A stretch of DNA of 64,000 bases from Octopus vulgaris (taxonomy: Eukaryota), in the NCBI GenBank assembly GCA_951406725.2, contig OX597826.1, positions 59,892,001-59,956,000 of the forward strand, in the 5' to 3' direction. A program made the position numbers and the translations under genes. Below the pieces are notes generated by a model. It had not been told where the DNA came from. It was given only the letters and a program-made list of their open reading frames with translations, and ran no database searches. Below are positions 54,623 through 64,000 of the stretch, piece after piece. How positions within the stretch are numbered: the first letter of the stretch is position 1; every line of letters starts with the position of its first letter.

Positions 54623-55342
54623 TGTGTGTGTTTGTGTGTGTGTGAATTTATCTAACTGATATATCAAGAAATCACTACATCAATGTTTGACCGACAAGTC
54701 TAAATAGTCAAATCTGAACTTGTGTTTAAGTTGATATGGGTATAATACACATATTAATCAATGAAATTGCGACTTTGATTTTATTTTATTCAACATATTC
54801 CCTTCTCAGATTCATACATTTATTGCAGCGGTCCTTCATGTTTTCTAAACACTGTAAGGGAACTCGGAAGATAGAGTCTTCAACCAAGCCTCTCGCTGTA
54901 GTCTTAAAGCCAAGAACATTTCAACACTTCTTATGCGTGTGTGTTTTGTATATATATATATTTATCCATTATTACTTCCCCACTTTATTTTTCCTGTACG
55001 TACATATATATATATACTCATTATTTTTTTTGGCATTTTAAATTTTCGTCGTGCGTGCATTTGCTTTAGCCTGGACGTGTAGTAATTAGAACAAGCTGCA
55101 AAAGCTTAACTCTTATAGTAATCTCTAAGGTAGCATCTAACATCTCCGCACGAAAGTTCCTTTTGTTTAGTGGTTTAAACTTTAAGCAGAGCCGAAATTT
55201 ATGTTCAGCAAATATTTGAAAACGCATCAAAATATGATTAGTGTAAACTGCTTCGAAATTTTATTGCTTTCTACAAATACCTTCTACAAACTGTTTCACG
55301 CATATGAGCAGTGCATATTACAATTAAATTTATTTGCGCAGA

Positions 55343-55523
55343 GGATAACGAGCTGGCATAATCGTTAACACGGGATAAAATGCTTTGCGGTATATCGACC
55401 ATCTTTAGGTTCTGAGTTGATTTCAAATTCTGCCGAGGTCGACTTTGTTTTAACATCCCTTTCGCGGTTCAGCACTAAACCCTGCTCTCCAAATTGTTGA
55501 TTTATTTCTAAAATTTGGAAACC
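55343..55523 (+). mobile_element. Nin-SINE, internally deleted
   Basis: CGAGCTGGCATAATCGTTAACACG...CAAATTCTGCCGAGGTCGACTTTG. Confidence 0.75.
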
Positions 55524-55540
55524 AATTTATTTGCACAGAA

Positions 55541-55715
55541 AACAGCAAGCTAGCAGAGTCGTTAACATTTCGGACAAAACGCTTAGCGGCATTTCTATCG
55601 GCTGTTCACTTTCTGAATTCGTATGCCGTCAAAATGAAATTCGCTGTTCATCCCTTCAGGCCAATACAATAAAGTACTTGTAGAGTATTGGGCCGATGTA
55701 ATCAACTTCTTCGCT
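55541..55715 (+). mobile_element. Degenerate Nin-SINE
   Basis: GCAAGCTAGCAGAGTCGTTAAC...GCTTAGCGGCATTTC...TTCATCCCTTC...GCCGATGTAATC. Confidence 0.65.
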
Positions 55716-56416
55716 CACTACCAATAAAGATATTAACGGCTAGAATTGTGTTAAAATTTGAAAAAAATCTACTTGGAGAGACGGACACGATGTATTCTAT
55801 TCACATTAAATATTAAATAATATTCAATGCAGGTGGCAATTAGAATTTCCTCATTGCATAGCGATAGCATTGTTTAGTTTCCTTAGATATTACTACTTTA
55901 TAGATTCACTATCCTACTTCTTGTGCAATATGATTATCTAGGAGATAATGGTCTTTCCGAAATTAAAGATTCCATGAATTTTGAAGACTTACATGTCATA
56001 TTATTTGCAATATCGGAATTTTCTGTGAGCAATTCTTAAATATAGTAATTATATTGCTATGATTTAAGATTTTTCAGACGTTATATACTATATAGTTATA
56101 TAGTCTACGAACTTATATAATGAACTCATAATATTCACACTTTCCTAAAGATTACACGCAATTGAAATCTTCAAACAACTAGTTCTATGTATTTGTTTCG
56201 GAATATCACAAGCCTTTATGTGAATTTATCTACCTAATATAGCAAGAAATCCCTATTTCATTGTTTGACCGACAAGGCGAAATAGTCAAATCTAAGCTTG
56301 TGTTCGAGTTGATAAATGTATATATACATGTATCTCTCTCCCTCTCACTCTCTCTCTCTCTATATATATGTGTGTGTGTGTGTGTGAGTGTGTGTGTGTG
56401 TGTGTAAATATATATA

Positions 56417-57017
56417 CAGTGTACATTTAAACACATAAGAGATGGCCATAATCGGACATCTAAACCTCTAGAAGGAGTAGTTAATTCCAAACCACAATTA
56501 GGGGTAATTTCGAGAGGGAATGAAAAATAAAAAAAAAGTTACCATCTATTTCCTGGACCATGGTTTCGAGCTATGTTCAGCAAATAAAGTAATTTGCTAG
56601 GCGAAGCTCTCATAAGCAGGCTGCGGTGGTAAAAAAATTTCTAAATAATGTTTTCCTAACCTGAAATTCTTTTGGCTAATTTTGGAAGAAAATCGGCATT
56701 ATTTCTATTTGTGACCGATAAAAAAAAATGCACTTGCGCGTTGGATTTGAAAAATTATTACATGTAAGCACGAGGTATGTTCTGTATAGCCTCGGACTTG
56801 TATGTTAATCTTTGGCTTTCCTGCTGATGACAGCTTCGCCTAGCAAATTACTTTATTTGTTGAAGATAGCTGGAAATCATGGTCCAAGAAATGTATGGTA
56901 AATGTTTTTATTTTTCATTCCCTTTCGAAATTACCCCCAATTTGGATTTTAGCTACAACCTTCTAGCGTCTTAGATGTCCTATTATGGCCATCTGTTATG
57001 TGTTTAAATGTTCATTG
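56417..57017. mobile_element. Tc1/mariner-type MITE with ~200 bp terminal inverted repeats
   Basis: TA|CAGTGTACATTTAAACACATAA...TTATGTGTTTAAATGTTCATTG|TA; arms 56417-56620 and 56820-57017 pair throughout, e.g. AAATAAAGTAATTTGCTAGGCGAAGCT/AGCTTCGCCTAGCAAATTACTTTATTT. Confidence 0.88.
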
Positions 57018-57134
57018 TATATATATTGAATAATATATAGTCTATGGACGGGTTTTTTCTACACGCTAGGCCACGATGGTAAAACATTTCTAAATAATAT
57101 TTTACTGATAATAATAATAATAATAATTTATTAA

Positions 57135-57249
<115 letters not shown>

Positions 57250-57282
57250 TAGTTATATATATATATATAGTTATATATATAT

Positions 57283-57660
57283 GGTATTGTAAGCTACACC
57301 AATGCTAGAACGGGACGACACTGCATAGTGCCAAAGATCCCAGCAATACCATCACGCTTCAGGACCAGCTTCTGCAACACCCTGGGTTTCAAGGGCCCAC
57401 AGCTTTTTAATATTCTCCCAAAGAATCTGAGGTACTTGTACAAAGTAGATGTAGTGGTTTTTAAATCAAAGCTGGACATTTCCTGTCGAGAGTCCCAGAT
57501 GAACCTACCTCACGGCAAGAGGTGCAAATGAGAATAGCTATATCAAACTCCATTCTTCACCAAGTGCCACATATTAGAGGAGGTTCTTCGTAATAACAGT
57601 GTAGCACAAAACGGCGGTTCATCAGCATGGCCGCAGCTCTGAGCTGAAACTAGAGAAAAA
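57283..57660 (+). mobile_element. 3' end of a CR1/L2-group LINE
   Basis: RTGRHCIVPKI...NTLGFKGPQLFNILPKNLRYL..VDVVVFKSKLD (frameshift) LSRVPDEP; tail GGCGGTTCATCAGCATGGCCGCAGCTCTGAGCTGAAAC. Confidence 0.82.
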
Positions 57661-57670
57661 AATATATAGT

Positions 57671-57748
<78 letters not shown>

Positions 57749-57984
57749 TGAAGAGACGGCAAAAGAACAACCCATTATCTTATCAAATTCATTTGCTTAG
57801 AATTTTTTTCCAAAATAAGATTCTGTGGAGTTACTGAGTTACGTCTCACAGTCAACTTCGTGTTTTGAGGCTGTGACGAATCTGCTGCTCAGGTGTTACT
57901 CAAGCTCTCAACTATCAGTCCTGCACATGTTATAGTCGAAATAGCAGTAAGCTAATGAAATTCATACTATCAAATTTCATTCAA

Positions 57985-58285
57985 TTTTAAAAAAGGTAAA
58001 ATCGGGCAGAACTTATGGGATGACCTGATACTTCATGTTTGGTAATCTTTTATGGGATTCGGGCAATTCCTCCAGTAATTATACAGTAGTATAAATGAAG
58101 TGTGCCATTGTTACCAAGTCAACGATATTTCGGTATCTAGCGAGCCTTCCACAGGTTCAAAAAGTAAATTTGTCAAGCTACTTCAGTTTTGGTAATATTT
58201 TATAGGATTGAGGTAAATCTTTCAGTACGTATATAGAAGCAAAAAAAGGAGAGTCACGTTGATACCAAGTGAACGATATTTTTTA
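57985..58285. repeat. Old tandem duplication, ~150 bp period
   Basis: GTTTGGTAATCTTTTATGGGATT (58037) vs GTTTTGGTAATATTTTATAGGATT (58186); TTGTTACCAAGTCAACGATATTT (58108) vs TTGATACCAAGTGAACGATATTT (58259). Confidence 0.7.
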
Positions 58286-58372
58286 ACCTATGGAAGGCAC
58301 TCTAGATGCACTTGATAACAATGGCACTTTTCGGGGGGGGGGTCTTCTTCTTTTATTCTTCTTCTTCTAATG

Positions 58373-58490
<118 letters not shown>

Positions 58491-58496
58491 AAAAGT

Positions 58497-59032
58497 ATCC
58501 CCTGATGCAGTCCCAGGCAGTGGCCCTCGTGGCTTCCGATCGTAACTGATTGGAAGTATTATCATGTACATTTTGGGATACAGCAAATATTCTGCTCAAT
58601 ACCATAGATTTACTTTTCTGTTGTTTGACCATAACCTGTTGAGCATGTCCCTTAGTGGCTGATGATATGTACATCTCTGATGACAAGCAGAAGTAGTGGG
58701 GGAGTATCATAGCCATGTGTTGAGAGGGATTCTTTAGGGTTTGAAAAATTCACCTCTGGAAACATGGGTGTTTCGTTCAATATCTTTAAACAACCCTTAT
58801 TCAGGGACCTTTTGAGCGGGATGGGCTACTCGACAAGAAGAAAATTCTAACTGGATCCCACCTGCAAGGTCATGTGTTGTTTATCTTGATATGAGAAAAC
58901 CATGTCGCGCACATATGGTCGTGATGCATGTGCCTAGTGTACCCTTATCAGCCGGGTAGTCATGATGGGTATGTTGGGCTTCGTATATTTTACCCCAGTG
59001 TCACTTTGATGGCATACACTGCTCTCTCCTTC
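58497..59032 (+). mobile_element. ~535 bp non-coding element embedded in (AAT)n, sharing sequence with the 5' end of the R4-like LINE copy
   Basis: (AAT)n on both sides; 58575-58668 matches 45803-45895 (TGCTCAATACCA...TTGTTTGACC...GTTGAGCATGTCCCTT.GTGGCTGA.GATAT); orientation inferred. Confidence 0.7.
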
Positions 59033-59102
<70 letters not shown>

Positions 59103-59164
59103 GTAATAATAATAATAATAATTGTAATAATGATCGTAATACTACTACTACTACTACTACTACA

Positions 59165-59263
<99 letters not shown>
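59033..59263. repeat. (AAT)n(ACT)n(AAT)n microsatellite
   Basis: Read directly from sequence. Confidence 0.95.
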
Positions 59264-60081
59264 TAATACCGTTGTAGGTTGAAGATGAATACACAGCTAA
59301 TTGAGGACGATGGGGGCAAAGATGATAATGGAGAAGTTGATGACGTTCGTGTAGATGAAGATGAGGTCGAAGCTGATGTCGAGATTGAGGAAGAAAACGG
59401 AGAAGAATGAGAGAGATGAGTTAGATGAGGATAATGTGATGATCATTGTGATCAGAAAAATGAAGGCAAAGAGGAAACGATGAAAAAGAAAAAGAAGATT
59501 AACAATATGAATCAGAAAACAATTGAATAATACCGGCAGTAATATGACAACAACAGCAAACAACAGTAATAATGGCATCTGTAAATATACCAAAAAATAT
59601 ATCAATATATATGTACAAAAGAAAAAAGATATAATTAGAACAAGCATGAAATCAACACCAGCTTAGCATCAACAATATCAAGAACAATACACGTGACGAT
59701 GACGACAACAACAATATCAACTACAATAAATGTTGCATCATAAATGTATTAAAAAAATAGTGTTTAGAGCAAACAGTAAATTATCTGTTTGCTTCATTAA
59801 AAGTGACTAATTGGAATGAAATATTGCGGAAAATCTAATAAAAATCTCAGCGCAACCAAATATACTTGGCATCCACATATACAAACAGGAATAAATATTC
59901 ATGACGTATATGTGTGTGTTGTGTGTGTGTCCATGCGTGTGTGTGTCCATGCGTGTGTGTGTCCATGCGTGTGTGTGTGCGTGTGTGTGTATGCGTGTAT
60001 GTGTGAGGGAGTCTGTATGTGTCTGGATGTGAGTATATATATATATATTTACATTTAGGTGAGGTTGTATGTATACATGTA

Positions 60082-60131
<50 letters not shown>

Positions 60132-60161
60132 CATTTAGGTGAGGTTGTATGTATACATGTA

Positions 60162-60199
<38 letters not shown>

Positions 60200-60420
60200 T
60201 GTTTATAAATGTATATATGTGTGTGTGTGATTTTTAAAAGTTATATAATAATAACCATGTTTGTATGTACATATATGGGTACATATGAATATATATATAT
60301 ATATATATATGTACATACACACTCACTCACGCACATGCATATGTATGTAATGTTATTACCAGACCTAATATGCGTGAGGCACGTTTGGAAAAATATGTAT
60401 ATGCATACATGTGTGCGTGC

Positions 60421-60477
<57 letters not shown>

Positions 60478-61008
60478 TACATACATATATACATACACAC
60501 ACACATATAATATGTATATATATCAAATGATATAGATCCATATACATACACGTATATATATGTGTGTGTGTGTGCGCCTCTGTATGTTTGTGTGCGTGTT
60601 TGTGAGTGCATGGAAGTATGTGTGACCGTATGTAATTACGCATACGAAAAATTAGTGATAGTATATGAAGGTGAAAGAGATGGAGGGGATATCGAAAAGA
60701 TAGCGCTGGAAAACGTTCAGTAAATAGCCTTCAGCAAAATTCATCAATATACCATTGATTAAACTCTCACATTTTACCTGACAAATATTATACAGACTCA
60801 CGTATGTACAGTCCTTTATTTAATATATTCAATATCACTTGTACACACAATCATCTTTGTAGTTGGGATTATATATAATCGGCTTCGAAATATAACCACA
60901 CACACACAGATACACACACGTACACGTACAATATACTTATTGACAAACGCGTATTTCGGCTTGAATTTTATTACAAGCGAGGCAGATAACAAACAGGTTA
61001 TCTGCCTG

Positions 61009-61055
<47 letters not shown>

Positions 61056-61068
61056 TAACTGAAAGTAT

Positions 61069-61228
61069 TCTTTTATTTTTTTTTGTTTCAGTAATTTGAC
61101 AGCGGCCATGCTGGAGCACTGCCTTTGGTCGAAGAATTTGACCCCAGGACTTATTCGTTGCAAGCCTGATGCTTATTATATCGGGTTCTGTTGTCAAGCG
61201 ATGGTGGGGGAACAAAAAGAAACACACA
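61069..61228 (-). mobile_element. CORE-SINE tail fragment
   Basis: TGTTTCAGT.ATTTGAC.GCGGCCATGCTGGAGCAC...GACCCCAGGACTTATTC on + strand. Confidence 0.85.
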
Positions 61229-61264
61229 AATATTTCACTTTTTTACTCCTTTACATTTTTTGCT

Positions 61265-61476
61265 CTTTTGCTTGTTTCACTTATGTGATTACGGCCATGC
61301 TGGAGCATCGACTTTGATCGAAAAAACCAACCCACAACTCGTATTTTATCGGTCACGTTTGCTGAACCTGGGACGTAAACACATCAACATCGGTTTCTAG
61401 CGATGGAGTGACAAGCGCAAACACACACAAAAATATATGCATATACATACATACATACATACATGCATATATCTAA

Positions 61477-61521
<45 letters not shown>

Positions 61522-61661
61522 CGAAGGGCTTCTTTTAGTTTCCATCTACCAAATCTATTCACAAGAATTTTGCCGGCCTGAGGCTATATAGTAGAGGACA
61601 CTTGCCCAAGGTGACACGCAGTGAGAATGAACCCGGACTCATGTGGTTGAGAAGCAAGCTT
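61265..61661 (-). mobile_element. CORE-SINE whose head is cut just before AAGCTTGCTT
   Basis: GACACTTGCCCAAGGTG.CACGCAGTG...GAACCCGG..CATGTGGTTGAGAAGCAAGCTT on + strand, then abrupt change. Confidence 0.85.
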
Positions 61662-62487
61662 CTTTATTTCTTTTAAATTGCCATACAGGCATTACATAGT
61701 GGGGGACACTGCAATACATGTGGGGGCATATAACAATTAAAATAAAAAATATGATGCTATGAATGACACATGAAAATGAACATGAAAAACATTAAAATCA
61801 ACATATTAAAATAATGATAACTTGAGAAATGAGAATATGAAAAGTGTGTTACTCACCCCACACTGAGTAACGCCACTCGCTACCTCTGATTTCTGAGTCC
61901 TATTCAGTCTTTGATTTAGTCTTTCGTTTACCGTTTTCCCATCACTGAGTGACAACACTTTCTCCTCCATGTGCACGTAACCTTTTCACTGGGGGATGGG
62001 TATTGTAAATTTTGCTGTGTCTGTTCTTTCATCGATTTTTTCCTGTGGGGAGAGGGGGGTGGGAGTGTTTGTGTCTGTATGAAGAAGGTGGGTCTGAGTG
62101 GTCTTGGGTGGAATGGAGTTGATCTGGGGTCCCACATCACACTGACTGCACCTCTTCTTTCTCTTTTCGTTTTATTCTTTGTCACTGTCCATTCATGCTC
62201 CTTGTTCCTTCCATCTATCTATACTTCTTCCTTTTCTCCACCGTCTCCAGCACCGCTTCTTCTGTCGTTTTCTTCTGTAGTTCTAATGTGGTCTTTTTAG
62301 CCATATTTAAAACATCGCGGAACTCTGCCCGCTAACTATACGCTCAAAACGTCACAGTCTCCGCCAAATTTTCCAGTAGCTTCGCCTCCGGTTGTATGAT
62401 GATTTCCAATGTTTTTCCCTTATAACATCCTTTCTCCGTCTCTGTGGCCTGAAGGACCGCCACCTCCTTCTCACTACCAGCGAGAAC
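61662..62487 (-). mobile_element. 3' part of an ORF1-only L1/Tx1-like element (zinc knuckle, 3' UTR, AATAAA)
   Basis: Minus strand VLAGSEKEVAVLQAT...GKTLEIIIQ...LAGRVPRCFKYG*KDHIR (degenerate CCHC knuckle), low-complexity C-terminus, then ...GTAATGCCTGTATGGCAATTTAAAAGAAATAAAG; no EN/RT seen. Confidence 0.55.
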
Positions 62488-63090
62488 GGGGGACAAACAC
62501 AGACACACAAACATATACACTTTGTGAATGGATAATTGAGTAAGTTAGATCAACAAGAACGAGTACAGAATGGCATTTATTTGTAACCGCCACAGTAGTT
62601 TTCTCCAGGCTCTCCAGGTTCTCCAGAGTGACAGGCATTTGGTCACGTATCCGTTTCCCTACATTATGACATCTTGTTTTTCCTTAGATCTTGTTATCTA
62701 AAAACTCAAATTTTCGACTTTGAGCCAATCCTTTCTGTCTGTCGTCGCTTGCGAGGTAGTAGTAACCACTCAGTGTATCTAAAAATGTGTTATGAATGAA
62801 AGTGCTTGACATGTATAGATGGAGTTGGAGGGTGGCTATACTATGAATAGTACATTAAAGCGAGTGACGTTTTACTTCTTTGTACTCATAATCTATTTTT
62901 CAAGTTCTGTGACACCGTTTTCCTTAGCTGACCTTCAAGAAGTCACCGGTCTGATCTTCGTGAATACACCGGTAATTCAGTTGATGGACTTACACGTACA
63001 GATACAATGAGGCGTTATCTGTTTAATTTATATAAAATTCAAACATTCGTGTTTTAAGAAGCAGGAATTTTTAGAAAATTGTCAATAATA

Positions 63091-63211
63091 GGCGCAGGAG
63101 TGTCTGTGTGGTAGGTAGCTTGCTTACCAACCACACGGGCTGACCAAAGCCTTGTGAGGGAATTGGTAGACAGAAGCTGAAAGAAGCCCGTCATATATAT
63201 GTATATATACA

Positions 63212-63249
<38 letters not shown>

Positions 63250-63486
63250 TGTGTGTGTGTATGTGTGTGTGTGTTTTGTGTCTGTCCTCCCAACATCGCT
63301 TGACAACCGCTGCTGGTGGGTTTACGTCCCCGTAACTTAGCTGTTCGGCAAAAGTGACCGATAGAATAAGTACTAGGCTTACAAAGAATAAGTCCTGGGG
63401 TCAATTTGCTCGACTAAAGGCGGTGCTCCAGCATGGCCGCAGTCAAATGATTGAAACAAGTAAAATCGTATAAGAGTAAAAGAGTA
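63091..63486 (+). mobile_element. CORE-SINE with B-box/CORE region deleted
   Basis: GGCGCAGGAGTGTCTGTGTGGTAGGTAGCTTGCTTACCAACCACA...GAAGCCCGTC(TA)n(TG)n...GGCGGTGCTCCAGCATGGCCGCAGTCAAATGA. Confidence 0.92.
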
Positions 63487-64000
63487 ATGTTAGGAATCCT
63501 TTTATATTTAACAATTTGATGAATATTTTGTTGCTATTTCCTGCAGATCAAGTTACCATAGAAGGGCTCTCTCGTCGAACGCTGATCTGAGAAGCTACAC
63601 GTGGTTAGTCTCTACATACAAATATGAACTATTTTGACATTTCTTCCCTTGATATTTTAGCCAGTTGTTTCAGTAGGTCTGACGTTATACCCCTCATCGA
63701 TTTTAATACGGTAGAAGATATCGCAGTAATATCCTGCATTTTGTTCCAACCATTACTGATGTCCTGCAAATGGCAGGCTTGCTGTTATGTGAATAATAAA
63801 TATAAGGATCAGATTACATTAAAATGGATTACATTTGACCATATGTGTATGGATTAGGACTGATGTTGGCATAAATAGTTACATTTACGGTAGCCACTAA
63901 TACTAACTACAATAAAATACATTATATATATTCTCGTCCGCTTTATAATAAGCCGTTTTATGGTTTTGTCACAGCAGATGAAGTAGCTTTGATACAATGT

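Noticed and set aside
60047-60170. Duplicated TTTACATTTAGGTGAGGTTGTATGTATACATGTATCTG block
   Set aside because: Local slippage duplication between (TA)n tracts; no further structure
62523-62663. Possible 141-bp solo LTR (minus strand TGTAGGG...AATAAA...TTCACA)
   Set aside because: No target-site duplication and no second copy or internal domain
62927-62971. Possible micro-exon between TTTTCCTTAG and GTAATT
   Set aside because: About 44 nt, no recognisable protein and no partner exons

Overview
AT-rich eukaryotic non-coding DNA with no recognisable host protein-coding exon. The tRNA-derived CORE-type and Nin/Deu-type SINEs and extreme (TA)n/(CA)n/(AAT)n density point to a coleoid cephalopod, most likely Octopus (inference). 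Most supplied ORFs are microsatellite artefacts. The real content is decayed mobile DNA: several Penelope-like element (PLE) fragments, an R4/Dong-like LINE plus (AAT)n-embedded relatives, a CR1/L2-type LINE tail, a Helitron PIF1 helicase pseudogene, Tc1 and pogo/Tc2-like transposons, MITE/fold-back elements and a 5S rRNA pseudogene. Highlights: (1) a (TA)n-flanked 1.06 kb non-coding element at 41471-42533 with a ~330 bp near-perfect palindrome, a 536-nt direct-repeat period and an intact type I hammerhead ribozyme (retrozyme/PLE pseudo-LTR-like); (2) a U3-A8 covariant hammerhead in a PLE nested in a SINE nested in a pogo element; (3) two pieces of an apparently ORF1-only L1/Tx1-like element, both joined to the same site in the SINE tRNA head. 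All coordinates were read by eye and may be off by a few bases; all family names come from motif recognition, not database searches.
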